From assembly GCF_009914755.1 (NCBI RefSeq), contig NC_060926.1: a DNA stretch of 64,000 nt. One strand, given 5' to 3'. The stretch comes from the human T2T-CHM13v2.0 reference genome, Homo sapiens. Under the pieces are notes generated by a model that was not told the origin of the DNA, searched no databases, and was given only the letters and a program-made list of their open reading frames with translations. Numbering within the stretch: the first letter of the stretch is position 1; each line of letters starts with the position of its first letter. The position numbers and the translations under genes are program-made. This document shows, piece by piece, positions 15,744 through 29,733 of the stretch.

Positions 15744-16030
15744 GGCCAGGCGCGGTGACACTTTGGGAGGCCAAGGCGGGCGGATCACAAGGTCAGGAGA
15801 TTGAGACCATCCTGGCTAACACGGTGAAACCCCGTCTCTACTAAAAATATAAGAAATTAGCCGGGCGTAGTAGCATGCACCTGTATTCTCAGATACTTTG
15901 AAAGCTGAGGCAGGAGAATCTCTTGAACATGGGAGGCGGAGGTTGCAGTGAGCCAAGATCGCGCCACTACACTCCAGCCTGAGCAACTGAGTGACAATGT
16001 CTCTCAAAAATAAATAAACAAATAAATAAC
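15744..16030 (+). mobile_element. Alu (AluSc8/Y-like left arm) with ~20-nt deletion near the 5' end
   Basis: ggccaggcgcggtg joins directly to (a)cactttgggagg; contains gagaccatcctggctaacacggtg; TSD aaatgaaaag at 15733-15742 and 16031-16040. Confidence 0.95.
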
Positions 16031-16728
16031 AAATGAAAAGCATAAGTTAAAACATTAAAAATATTTGCCTTTGGCCATAGTATTTTTAATAACTTGGGTG
16101 GGGGAAGGTAATTACAAAGATAATTCCATACTTTCCCAATTTTTCCTTTTTACCAACAAGAAGGTAAAATTTGTATCACAAAAATCATTAATTTGAATAA
16201 AATTAAAAAGCTCTGTTTTATAAAATGTGAAGATTGACTTTATGGATTCAAAAAATCAGAAAAAAAGTATCATGATGTGCATTCATTAGGAGTAAATTAA
16301 ACCTAAAAGAATTTGCTTGTTTTTTAAAAAAAGTAACTTGGCAAAATATATTCCCTGATTAGTTTGAAACTCCTAAAATACCTTAACTAAAGAAATCCAG
16401 CCTTGTTCCAAATTTCAAGTCTTTTTTCTAAATTACAAAGGCATTATCCTAGGAAAATAGTGGTTTCAGTCTGGCTTTAAAAATTATTGTAAAGTATATG
16501 GTATAGATGAAAATTAAAATGAATAAAATGTCATTCAACATTTTATGTCTAATTTTTCATTGAATTGTTAATTTTATAAAATAAAATTCTTATAGCTTAA
16601 AATGTTAAAATATGTTTAGCTAGAACTTAAAGTAACCCAAAGCCTTTAATTATAAACATTATTTTAGCTCTAATTTATTTTTTATAAACAAAAGACAACT
16701 GATATGAAAATAACCTTATTGTTAATAA

Positions 16729-16965
16729 TTTTTTTTTTCTTGACACGGAGTCTCACTCTGTCCCCAAGGCTGGAGTGCAGTGGCGTGATCTCGACTGACT
16801 GCAGCCTCTGCCTCCTGGGTTCATGCAATTCTCTGCCTCAGCCTCCTGAGTAGCTGGGATTGCAGGCGCCCGCCACCATGCCAAGCTAATTTTTGTATTT
16901 TTAGGAGAGAGGGAGTTTTACCATTTTGGCCAGGCTAGTCTTGAACTTCTGACCTCGTGATCCTC
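16729..16965 (-). mobile_element. AluS (Sx3/Sx4-like), 5'-truncated
   Basis: Poly-T, then the right arm (caattctctgcctcagcc); the left arm stops after gacctcgtgatcc. Confidence 0.9.
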
Positions 16966-18299
16966 CTTTGCAAGTTTGGGCCCACATTAAACAATCATCC
17001 TTGTTGTTCACATGTCACACAACTCTAGACAAATCAATCTATTCAAAAAAGCAAGTTGTATGTCTTTGTTCGCTCACCCAGTATGGATACATTCACTACA
17101 TGTAAACTTCTATCACCAGGTACTGCAGTTATGTGCCTGTCCATAGAAGTTGAGTGAAAAGCAGACATACCCTCTGGTGAACGAACTATGCAAATTATTA
17201 CAAGTGCATTCTTTATCACCTTAGTAAATATTTCAATAAACACTAGTCACCATCTTTATTATGATGCACAATTTATTTCCCTCTGGGTTCTACTACAAAG
17301 GTAATTCCACTCAATTTTTAGATGAGTAAACACAGGCCCAGACAGTTAAACTGGTTTCCTCAATGTCAAACAGAGAAAGACTCAAGAATAAAATAAAGGT
17401 TTCTTGATTGCCCTTTAAAAAAATTTAAAAAATCTAACAAAGAACAGATAGGACTTAGGTAATATATGAAAGAAAATATGTTCTTTTTGGAGTCTCTAAA
17501 TTCATATCAATTATGCGCCAACTATTTTTTCATCTCAGAGGCTTTTTTAACCTTTTTTCCCCCCACAATTCATTTATTTGAAATATTCACAATAGTTAAG
17601 ACAAACTGTAGACAGAAGAGTATATTGCCCTCGGGCATTTGTTTCATGTCTCACTTTGTTCCTCCACAAACAGGCCATCACTTTCAAGTATTTCACAGTT
17701 CTTGTATTTAATGTCTCTATACAATAACTCATCTCAATAATTATCGACACTATAAAATGTCTTAATAAACCAGAAGAAAAAAAGCATCACAATACTTCAA
17801 AACCCTGTTTCAATATCCTGTAAATTACTTGCATGGCTATTGGTAGGTTTTGATACTGGTTCCAACTGTCATTTCTGCTTAGGAAAAGTTATATTATCTT
17901 TTGATCAAACTCCCCACTTTTCTAAATAATGCAGTGAAGCAGATACTCCTACAATATTGAATAATTTCAGTCTTTTAGAAGATATATTAACTTTATTAGA
18001 TTGACCTGTGAATAGAAAGGATACAATATCTGGAAAAAATAGTATAAAGTACTTTTAAAGGCTTTATAGTTGTATTTATAAATTGTTAAAAATAAATACC
18101 CAATGTTATCTTTGTATTCAGCTAGGTACTATAGGAAACACAGAGATAAGTAATAAGTGATCTCTCCCCTCAAGCCACTTACATTTTAATGGGTTTCTTT
18201 AAACATGCAATCAAATGACAATAGTGCACCAATGAAAGTGATGAAGAAGGCTTGCATTTTTACTAATATTTTTGACTACTTACTTAGATCAATGCTTTC

Positions 18300-19990
18300 C
18301 ACTGATTGGATTCCAGAAGGAATGGGAAAGTATACCAAAGAAAATATTTGAAGGAAGAATTATGAGGCAATATATAAGGATGAGATATTAATGAAAGAAC
18401 TGATGAAAGAGATTTAAGAAACCCAGTATGCACAAGAATTATAGGCAGGATAAGTGAAACACTATTAACATTATATAAATAATTGTAAATGTAAACATTA
18501 TATAACTAAGATCAAACTTTATCTTAGTTTTTTTATTGTGTTTGGCTTCTTATGCACAATATTATGTTTTTGAGATTCACCCATGCTGTTATCTGTAGAT
18601 TTAGCTAATGCATTCTCGTTTCTGTACAGCATTGCTTTGTGTGGCTATAAACAATGTGTTTGTGCATTCCATGAATCTACATCGTGGTGATAATGAAGAA
18701 CACCAAAGGCAAGGCACAGATTTTTATATAATTCCAGAAAAAAATTTACCTTCAAAAGATAACAATTGACAGATGACTTCTCTCACAGTGGATGCTAGAA
18801 GACAGAAATATGACAATGTTAATATGCTGGGAGACCAATCACTGTCAGCTTCCATCATTGTAACAATGAAGTAGTATTTCAAAATGAAAGTAATATAAAG
18901 ATATTTTTTGACAAAAATTGACAGGACATGTCACCTGCAGATACTTTCTAGAGAAAATTTTAAATGTTGTGTTGATGGAAGATTTGCATTTCAAAAAAAG
19001 AAGTAAATGTACACAATCTGTTAAATATTTAGGTAACCAAATAGATTACTTGCAGAAAATAATAATGGATTGTAGAGTTTAAATTTTAAAAGAAAATAAT
19101 TAATATATATAGCAATTAGTATGTAATTTTTGATGTGGAAGAATGGAATTAAAGTGTTTTACAATCTTTGCAATTTGGAAGACAAAGTAAAATGTATTGA
19201 TTACACTTGCAGATTGATAAATCAAGTGTGTATTTTGTAATGGCTAGGGCTCATAATACACAATAGAAGAACTTAATATTTACTAAATAAAAATTAATAT
19301 AGAATATGGAGGAGAAGATCAAGCAGATTAAATTTGGATTTTTGAGAGACTAATAAAATTAAAATGTCTCTGGCAAGACTCAAAACAGATGGAGGATAGG
19401 GAAGAGGAAGTGTCTGCCCTCACACATCAGAAGTGAGAAAGTTTCTAGTTATATAAACTAAAGATATTAAAGAACAGCTCCAAAATTTTAGAGACAACTC
19501 AAGTCAAAAATTGGGCTTTGAAAATGATGTGAGAAAAACATTAAAAAATCTTAATTGCTTGATAATTAATATAGACTCTGAATAGTCAAAATCTTCTAAG
19601 AAAACTTCAAACTTAGATGTCTTCCTTTAGCAAGTGTTACTACATTTTCAAGGTACAAAAATTCCATACTTATTTATTCTATTCCAAAGCATAGTGTGTG
19701 AGGAAAAACTCAGCAGTTCATGTTAAGAAGATATCATAAACTTAATATTACATTGGAAAAGAAGAAGCCAAGAATAATTACATGTGCATATAGGTCAAAA
19801 AAGAATGTGAAATCCAAACACATATTAGAAAAAAATACATAAATAAATGTAAAGAATAATTCATCATGTTCTAAATGACATGTATTAAAAAGATGAATGT
19901 CATTTAAATACTGTGATGAAGAATAAAATACATATAGAAAAATACACAAAGTCATAAGTATCTGCTGGAAAATCATTTCATAAAATAAAT
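18300..19990 (+). mobile_element. Fragmented very old L1 (L1ME-like) ORF1/ORF2, interrupted by a ~200-bp local copy
   Basis: agaacaccaaagg...cagatgacttctc...gatgctagaagacag (ORF1 C-terminal region); tctctggcaagact and attccaaagcatag (ORF2). Confidence 0.6.
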
Positions 19991-20049
19991 ACATCCATTT
20001 AATGAGCACTGTGAACAAAACAGAAAATATTACAAGAACAGCAGATGCT

Positions 20050-20440
20050 TTCTTATTCTTTCTCCTAATGACTGTTACTCCTGTAAGACTGATCATTATT
20101 CTGGTTAGGTTAGGTTTGATTTAGGTTAGGTTTGCCTGCCTGTAAACATTATATAAATAAGATCAAAATTTATGCACTTGATTGTGTTTGGCTTCTTTTG
20201 TTCAATATTATGTTTGAGAGATTCACTCATGCTGTTACATGTAGATTTAGTTAATGCGTTCTGATTTCCGTACAGCATTCCTTTGTGTGGCTATATATAA
20301 TATGTTTACTTGTTCCATCATACATGAATATTTTGAGTAATTTTCTTTTTTTCTAATAAGAATATCTTTGGTATAAACAATCTTGTATGCATTTCTGTTG
20401 GTTACATGCCAACAGAAACGAAGTGGATTGTTAGGTTACA
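20050..20440 (-). mobile_element. L1M 3'-end fragment
   Basis: tgtgtttggcttcttt...tatgtttgagagattcactcatgctgtt is antisense L1M 3'UTR. Confidence 0.65.
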
Positions 20441-20499
20441 TATAGTATGTATATGTATATACATATACATACTATATTTGTAATCAAATTTATAGAACC

Positions 20500-22200
20500 A
20501 AAGAAATTTAAAACTACTAAGAAAAGAAGTAAAAAGAGAGGAAATTTTGGAAATGTAAGTCCTTTAAGATAATTTCAAAATACCTGAAAGAAAAACTAAA
20601 ATTTAAAACTGGAATGTAATAATATTCTGTAGCTAACGGAAGACCTGAATCCTTTCATTGTGAGGGCCTACCAGGTATTAGGGAAAATCCACTTCTATGG
20701 TAAACTCAGAGGCTTATTCAGGTAAATCTATTGCAGTGTAACTACGAAACAAACAATTCATCAGTGCTTTCAAGCAAGAAGTTTAAATAACTTAAAAAGA
20801 CACAAGAATTGGATTGTTATTAGACTTCTTAAAAACAACGTACAAATTAGGGCAAGTAGAATATCATTTTCAAAAAATCTAAGTAAAGAAAGAACAAAGT
20901 AAGGATATGTCCAGCTAAAAAGACCTTCCCAAATACTATTCAAAAGGAAGTAATTTGAAATGTCTATATTGATGTCAAGCAAAGGAAAATTCAGAACAAG
21001 GTATAACAACAGGAATAAAGATAAATATTAATAATAAAAAATAAATTTTCTAAGATAACATGAATGTCTTTTATTTGTATATTTATAAACAGAGTTTTAC
21101 AATGCATGAAGCAAAAAATTAAAAATAAAAGGAAAAATAAGCAAATCTGAAGTTATATTGAAATCCTGCATCCCATTTTTAATAAATAATAGAAAAAATA
21201 CATGGAAAATGTCTAAGGACATAGAATATCTAAACAAGTATATCAATTAAATTGACAAAATGGACATTTTAAAACATTCTACCCAACAGTATGTGAATAC
21301 ATATTCTTTTCAAGTGTTCAGGGAATAGTTAACAAGATAGACCATATTAACAAGATATGATCAAAATAGGTCATAATCAAATATTAATAAACTATAAAAG
21401 GTTTGAAAGACTATAAAATGTGTTGTCTTCCAAAAACTGACTAAAATAGACATCATTACCAAATTATATATGAAAAAGCTTGTATAGTTGAAAATTAACA
21501 ATATTTTTAAATAGCCCATAGATAAAAGTACAAGTCAGAAAGAATATTAGATGGTATTTTGAATTGGATTAAAATAAACATGATACAATATGTCTGAAAT
21601 TATCAAGGAACTAAAATTACAAAACAATTTTGGTAAAGAAGAATAAAGCAGAAGGGCTCACACTTCCTGATTTCAAGCTCATTGTAAAACTATAGTATTC
21701 AACACAAATGAACTTCATATGCTTTATTCTGTGTCAAAGAAACCACACTCTCAAGGGCATAAGGGAATATTTGAAGGTAGTAGAATTGTTCTAAATCTTG
21801 ATTTTGGTGGTTGCTACCTAATTAGATTTATTTGCCTAAACCCACAGAACGTGCTTTAGTTAGGGTGAATTTTACTATATGTAAATTTTATCTAAAAAAA
21901 CTAGAAGGTTTATGTACAAATTATTCAATTTTCAAAAATCTCTGAACCATAAAAGTAAAGGATATATTGCTTAGGGAAAACGCACCTTGTTAGATTATGA
22001 TAAAATGTTTATTTAATAAAAGGAATGAGGCAGATATTGTTACAGAGGTTTCTGCAAAGGAACTGGTAAGGTTCTATTTCTTAATCTTCATCTGGTTTCC
22101 ATAGAAACATATGTATTATTATTTTTAATCTGTGCATATGTATATATGCATACATATATGCATATATATTCTGAATCTATATTTCTTAAACTAAAAAATA
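20500..22200 (+). mobile_element. Fragmented L1M pieces (ORF2 endonuclease region and L1MC/ME-type 3' ends)
   Basis: gaatacatattcttttcaagtg...aagatagaccatat; cacacttcctgatttcaag; tgttctaaatcttgattttggtggt...gtgaattttactatatgtaaatt. Confidence 0.65.
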
Positions 22201-22284
22201 ATGTGTATAAAGAGAAAGCTGTATACTGTGAGAGAGAGAGAATACTTTCTGACAGTTCAGTGGATGGAATGAGTCATGAAGCAC

Positions 22285-22952
22285 ACAAAGGAATATTTTG
22301 GTGTCTAGTGAAAGAGATCTAACTCAAATTAGCTAAAACTATAAACAGAATTTATCTTGAAAAACTCACTTTTTACACACCTGGATTGAGAGACCTGAAA
22401 ATATTTCTAGGGGTCCATTCTTCTCCATGCTCTTTTTCCACTGTGCTGGCTTAATTCTCAAGCCAACTCTGTTTCGGCAGACACGGGGTCATTATGTCTC
22501 GGCTTCTGTCCTGCTGATACGGATAGTCCAGCAGAAAAGCCCGAGTTTCTTATGCAACTCTTAAAGAAAAAGTTCAACACCTGATTTTCATTTATCTAAA
22601 TTGGGTCATTTTGTAGTTAGAGCAAATTAGAACCTGAACCAGATTGAAACAAATGAGTCCTAATGCACAAAATTTAAAGAGAAACTCACTCACAGTCACG
22701 TAAGCACGGGGTCAGCCTGCAGAGGGAGCACCTCCTTTAATTTTACCCCAGGTGCCTCGATTTCCAATTTCAAGTCCTAAGTAGCAGCACTCCAATTGGC
22801 CAATTAGAGGTTATCATGCCCATCTCGTGAAACATGAGTAGTTTCTGATCCTTCTACACCTTTAGAATACAGGAGGAGTGGTTCCTACAGAAAAAGCAGT
22901 GTCTTGTTACTGAAAGATGGGAAAATAGATTACCTACTGATGTTCACACCAC
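22285..22952 (-). mobile_element. MLT1 (J/K-like) MaLR LTR, interrupted by MER96
   Basis: gtgaaagagatctaactcaaattagct...gaatttat; ctgtgctggcttaattctca; ends gatgttcacaccaca. Confidence 0.55.
22628..22785. mobile_element. MER96-like palindromic hAT MITE
   Basis: Inverted arms caaaatttaaagagaaactcactc and gagggagcacctcctttaatttta, followed by ggtgcctcg. Confidence 0.65.
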
Positions 22953-23459
22953 AGAAAGCTTAGTCATATCTCCGAGTGCCTGTGACAAATCTGGTAAATG
23001 TTGACCTCTCATATCTGATGATTGATTGTTACATCTTTCGCCTTGTTAGTCTTAGAAAGAAATAAAATATCTTTCTTCATGAGCAGAAAGGCAAGGAGTC
23101 ATGAGACCCTTTTCTCTAAGAGGTCGTTGTACCAAATTTGTCAAAATTTTAACTGTATTAAATGTCAATTATTTTTCCCAGAGAAATAGAATTGTGAGCT
23201 TTTCAATGGGACTGCAATCCAGGATGGATATGCCAAAAGAGTTAATAAAATGTTTCAAAAATGAGTGGGGTAAAATTATGATCCATAGACACAATTAGAA
23301 ATACTTAGAACGTTGTTTAAATTTTGATTAAATGGTTTCTGGGTATATTAATCTCTAAGCAATTTGTCTTTAGGTGGCACAACTTGATGTGAAATGACAT
23401 TTACATTGTAAGTAGAGTAATTAGGTGGTGCGGGTATTTATGAGTAACTAAGAAACTGA

Positions 23460-23770
<311 letters not shown>

Positions 23771-23869
23771 CCGCTTGGTTTTTATATAAATGGATTGATG
23801 GACTCCAAGAGTACGATGTGGATTTGTTATTTTTACCAATGATTTGGATGAAAACAATAATAGTTACGA

Positions 23870-24030
23870 TAACGAAGGCTCTGAAACGTTTGTCATTACG
23901 TCAGAAATTGTGTTAAGTACTTTACATAATTAATTTTAATTCTCACAAGAATTCCATGAGTCAAGTGATTCTTTACCCATTTTACAGGTAAAGAAGTTGG
24001 ATCTCAAAGGCTGGGCAGCTTGGATAAATC
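23870..24030 (-). mobile_element. MIR
   Basis: tgtgttaagtactttacat...ttaattctcacaa...cccattttacaggtaaagaa. Confidence 0.7.
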
Positions 24031-24149
24031 AGCTAGATCATCAAAGTCTTAATGGGCAAAAATAATCAGCTCTGTATTTATTAAATAAGAAATTGTATAA
24101 TATTACTTAATGCCACCATGTGTCAAAAATACATATGAAGTTTTAGATG

Positions 24150-24560
24150 TCTGGAAATACAATTTGAGTAAACAATATAATATGGCAATTCCAGAGCCTA
24201 ATAAAATCGCAGGCTACCTGAAGGGAAATATTGTATCTCAAGTAAGGATAAAAATAAAAAAATTGTATTTTTCTGTTATTCTGTACCCCTGTTATTGAAT
24301 TTAGTTCCAGACATCACATTTCAAATGGTGACATTGACAGACTGGAATGTGTCCAGGGAGAGTAATAAGCATAGAAAAGAAATCAATATCATACTTATGA
24401 AAAAAGTTTTCATTGATCAAAAAAGATTTGTGGGGAAATTTATTTCTACATAATCTAACTTATGTTATTTAGAAGAAAGATTACACTTCATCTAGATGGC
24501 CCTAGACTTTTTGAACTGATGGCTTAAAGATAAATGTCAGTTTGCTATAACAAAGACATT
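24150..24560 (+). mobile_element. L3/CR1 LINE fragment
   Basis: catcacatttcaaatggtgacattgacagactggaatgtgtccagggagag resembles the CR1 RT C-terminal motif DIDKLERVQRR. Confidence 0.6.
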
Positions 24561-27384
24561 TCTAATAATCAAATATTCCAGATAAAAACTAGAGCACCTT
24601 TAGATACCAGGATTTTTCTTGAGATTTCAATCAGAGTAAAGATATTCTATTTTAGGGAAATGTGTATAGGGATGTGAATACTGGGGAGTGTTCTAATTCT
24701 CTTTTTTCTTGATCCTACATTTTCAGGATTTACCGATGAACCATAATAATATGATCCAGAACATTCTAGAAACAAACAACAAATAACCTTCATCTGTTAC
24801 TCTTCCTTCATTTTTTTAATGAAGCAGCAATTCAAGACCATGTAATTGAAGGTTTTATTGTTGCCTGATATTCTAGAAAGATATAAATTATGGTTATTTA
24901 GTACAGATGAAAATAAATGAAACATTAGGAAAGTTGTTGAATTGATCAAGGTCATATTGTGCTTTATTAGTATTTTACCCAATACTTGTTCTTTGATTTG
25001 ACATGTTTCTGATTCTCAAGCATCCTGGACATTTTCTCTTCAGTCTCCCCAACTACTGGAATCAGATCTTAGGTGACTTATGCATATCCTTTTTACGTTC
25101 CTTGTACATATTCTGGAATCTAAATAACTTAGCAAGTCTGATTAACTCAAGAATGCCAATATGTTATTGAGTCATTGGTTAATATATGATCACTTCTATA
25201 TTTATATGTGTATCTTCAAAATGCAACTTTTAATCATTTAAATTTTGTGCCAAAAGAATAATTACAATTAAAATTTAGACCCAGTGCCCGATCTTGGTTA
25301 ATTGATTGACAGAATCTTTTGTCTTTCTAAAATTTGAAATTATCTATTCTAACCTCCAGACAATTACAATTCAAATGACTACTACCAGTTGATATTACCT
25401 TCTACTGAGCACAAGAAAGGGAAAAATATATATTATTTTGTTTCATATTCAGTCTCTTTTCCTCTATCATTTTTAGGGCTACCTAAGCAACTTAAAAGGC
25501 CCACTAGGAACTAGAGGCCAAAATTCTTATCAAGGTCATAGTGCTGAGCTGAAGAACCTGTCCTCAGCCAGCATTTCGGGATTTGTGTCTACTCTATTTA
25601 TTCCCAAGAAATTATATTTACAAATATAATTTGACTTTTTGAATTAGACTTTTTCTTGATTCACAGGCTGTAACCCTCCCAACCATCTGGCCTAACTTAC
25701 AGCTAACAACAGGGAACCACTGAGAGCAGAAATAAAGCAAAGCAGGAAAGATGTATCTATCTTCTCTATACAACTAAAAAAAGAAGTGTCTGCAGATTTT
25801 CAGGAGCCCAGTCTCTGAATGCTTATCTGGAAATGCCAGCTCCTTGTCTTCTTTGAAAACCAAGGTCTGTTTTAGTCCTGTGACCCTGTCATTTTAAGAA
25901 CTTTAATTAGTATTGAATGCAGCCTGGCAGAATCCTAAGTATCTGTGAGGCCACATTAGTTCTATGATTCCTTTGCTTCAGGGACTATAAATTGAGGACA
26001 ATATCAAATTCAAGGTTCTTGTTGCAACTTCTAATTTTTCAAGATAGTCATTAGCTAGATTAATATTTTTTTCTTAACTGCTATCTCTTTTTCTCTTAAA
26101 CCGTGTCTCTCAAAAAAAATTTTTTTATCTTGCCTGAATAGGGAAAGAATGTTTCTATTCCAAAAATATTCATAATTTGTCTAGGCTTAATTTAATTTAC
26201 TTAAAAAATGTATTCCTTCATGGTCTTTCTTAGCACTATACTATAACCCTGCCTCATTATTATGTTTGTGTCTCTTTAATGTTTTTAACTTAGCAAAATA
26301 TCTTTTTGCAATCCACAGAGGATAGAACACAATACATTAAATAAATTTCATATTAATATTGTTGGAGAGCTCATCTATGGCCAAACAATATTTCACCCTA
26401 ATCACAATGCTTATGGGAATGATTTGCAATACTGTACAAGGTATAATTCTTTAACAATAGTCCAATAAAAAGGATATAATTATATGGTTGCACAAATGTC
26501 TTTCCTCTCAATAAAAGCATTATTTATGTGAACACTATGTCTTTTAAATGACTTAAGAATAAAACATTTCTACCTTGACTTATGCATTAAAATAAGGAGC
26601 AGGGGGGTGGTGGTGCAAAAATCTATTTTTCAAAACATGACCCAGCCACCTAATGACTTGTTTAGCTGAGCATCAATCTTTGTAGCTGCCAGACCTTCTC
26701 TCTTTCCTTCAGATGAACTGGCATAATGCTTACTTGGCTCACATGTAGAAACAAATGTCCTCTTTCCTAGGGGAATGATTATTAGCATTTCTTCACAGTA
26801 ATTTGGAGAGTACCTCTTATCTTAGAGACAGCTGTTTTTTATCAGAAAAAAAAAATTCTGATCTGCCCCCATCTGGGGAGTGATGAAAAAGAAAAGAAAT
26901 TATTTTCAGGAAAGAAGGCATCCAAAGTGTCCCTGTATGTTTCAGTGAAAAAGACAGCTTGGATTCTAAGTGACAATTTTAAGTAAATGTGTTATAGTGT
27001 AGGATATTTCTTGGTGCTTTACATCACTATTTAGCAAATATTTATATTGGACAACTCAGGAACCTAGCCCTACCTTGTACAGTCTTGAGCAGCAAAGCTC
27101 TCTTTACCCCTGAGTCCCAACATGACCATATAAATATACTTCATTACCATCACCAACACCACCTCAAATTTTATTCTTCCCATGTTTCTTCATGAAACAC
27201 ATTTTAACATTTTCTCCAAGGTGCATGCCATCACCAAAGTAAATTTACTGATTTCCTAAATATTTATCTTTCAAAAGTCTAAAATTAATCCAGACAATAA
27301 AAACACAGAGATCAATACAACATAAATCCTATCATAAAAAGGTCAAAATCTACTGAAAAAAAAATGTGTGAGTCCTTAAATAAC

Positions 27385-27612
27385 ACAAAGTGGTATTCAG
27401 CTTAAATTGTATTTCAGTCTGGCTTTGTCATTTACTAATTGTTTTATCTGAAAAGTTGTTTAAACTTGACAAAACTCAGTGCTTTTGTCTGTGAAATAAG
27501 CATAATACAACTTTATTCTGTAGTGTTGTTATGAAACTTAAAATACATATGGTAATTCTTGAAAAGTGTTTCACACAGTGCTTTGCAAACGATTACCACA
27601 TGATAAAGTGTT
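27385..27612 (+). mobile_element. MIR
   Basis: tctggctttgtcatttactaattg...ctcagt...tctgtgaaat...tgttgttatgaaacttaaa...cacacagtgc. Confidence 0.65.
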
Positions 27613-27619
27613 TCATGTG

Positions 27620-27870
27620 AAAAAAGAGAGGCTAAAACATAAGATAAGATTGCAATGACAGAGAAAACCACAGAGGCCTACATACATTTCCTGGACGGTC
27701 CCAGGAAACACTATAAAAAGAGGATTACATTTTAGCTTAATCTTAAAGAGTAGCTGGAGAAAGGAGAATGAGATTCCAGGTAACAGGGCAAATGTTCTCA
27801 ATAGAAATGAAGGAGAAAATTAAATGAAGTGTTAAGAAATGGCAAGTAATTCCATGAAGTTGTATAATAT
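27620..27870 (-). mobile_element. L2 fragment
   Basis: acattttagcttaatcttaaagagtag...attccaggtaacagggcaa. Confidence 0.5.
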
Positions 27871-28509
27871 GCCTGAGTGGACATTAACTGATCAGATTAT
27901 AGATGAAAACAAGACGGCTGATTCCAAAGTCCATGTGTGCATTTCCAGTGAACGTCTAGAGGAGTAGACATCATTTTTGTTTAATTCATCAGTAGATCTA
28001 AATGATCACTGTAATCATAAGGTGAGAGACAACTGAGATGACAAAACCTGGGTGGCTTATTTGGAAGAGGGAAGCAAAAGGACTGTTTAAGATCACATTC
28101 TATAAATAGAATGACCTCAGATGATTGGACAGACTGGTTTAATTTTCCAAGGGGGTATTTGTGAATAAGTGATCTGCAGATAGGCCCGTGTACTTGCTCT
28201 TGTCTGCAACTGTGTGGGTGCAAACACCACTGTAGTTCTGGCTCCCAGAAGCTACAGATACTTGATTTCTTCTCCTATACCTTTTTAGTACAATCACCTA
28301 CACGGAGTTAGGAGTCATGTCATGGACCAATACCTTTACTTAGCTGAGATGATTATAAGGACACACCATACAACTTTAATCTCACATTATCTCCTAGAAA
28401 GTTTAATGGGAATGTAACCTATTCTCACTTTAGCTATTATAATTGGAACAGTTGTCAGGATCACAGAGCATTGGCTAACTATTTTGCAAATCAGTGTGGA
28501 CTTCTTGCA

Positions 28510-28715
28510 GAGGAGAATGCATGAAACTTGGAGTCTTAAAATGTTGATGGTAAGCATGTGTTGTCATTGTCTCCCTCTAAATCTCAGGAAATGATTGAAA
28601 CCTTCAGGATTCAGTTTCCTCAAATATTATACAGGAAAGCAACCTCAGCCTACATATCAGTGTGGTTGTAATAAATATCATAAATATACATGTGTTTAAA
28701 ACATTTAAAAACCAC
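28510..28715 (+). mobile_element. MIR fragment
   Basis: ttcagtttcctcaaatatt...gtggttgtaataaat...catgtgtttaaaacattta. Confidence 0.5.
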
Positions 28716-29240
28716 TACAATTTTATGTTTTTATTATAGTATTATTATAAACATAATATTTCATATTCAAATTGATCTCTTACTGTGGTTGTCTAAATTT
28801 AGGAAGTGGTCTTTAAAGTATATTAAGTTCTTGGGGAAGTGGGCTCGTTTAACCTCAAAGTCAATTCACACACTTACTTAGAGCACTGATTCCTCAGAAG
28901 ATATGTCAAAATAATCCAATGTTTCTTTTAGGTTAAAAAATGTTGAAATTCCTGAAAATATTAACCTGAGAGTAAGGTAAAACAGATATCATGGTCTGGT
29001 TGTATTTAAAAAAATAGCAAAGGTGAAATGAGATAATATGATCTCTAAAGTGTTCCTAGTCCATTATGAAATTTAACTTGAGAAAGCTAGGCTAAATGTA
29101 GAATCTACTATTGTTTTCCCGATCATTGCATCCAATCAAAACAAAGCAAAACAAATAAACAATGATACACATACACAAAAATACAGTACTCTTCCTTTTC
29201 CTATCAATGGGGAAATTGAACCCATGCATAAAAAGAAAAA

Positions 29241-29733
29241 GCCTCTTTGTATGTCTCTAAAGACTTGCTTTATGAATCTGGGTGCTCCTGTATTGGGTGC
29301 GTATATATTTAGGATAGTTAGCTCTTCTTGCTGAATTGATCCCTTTACCATTATGTAATGGCTTTCTTTGTCTCCTTTGATCTTTGTTGGTTTAAAGTCT
29401 GTTTTATCAGAGAATAGGATTGCAATTCCTGCTTTGTTTTCCATTTTCTTGGTAGATCTTCCTCCATCCCTTTATTTTGTGCCTATGTGTGTCTCTGCAC
29501 GTGAGGTGGGTCTCCTGAATACAGCACACTGATGGGTCTTGACTCTTTATCCAATTTGCCAGTCTGTGTCTTTTAACTGGAGCATTTAGCCCATTTACAT
29601 TTAATGTTAATATTGTGTGTGTGAATTTGATCCTGTCATTATGATGTTAGGTGGTTATTTTGCTCGTTAGTTGATGCAGTTTCTTCCTAGCATCGATGGT
29701 CTTTACAATTTGGCATGTTTTTGCAGTGGCTAG

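Noticed and set aside
20104-20133. (TTAGG)-like repeats resembling a telomeric motif
   Set aside because: Only about four imperfect units, and not vertebrate TTAGGG; a simple repeat.
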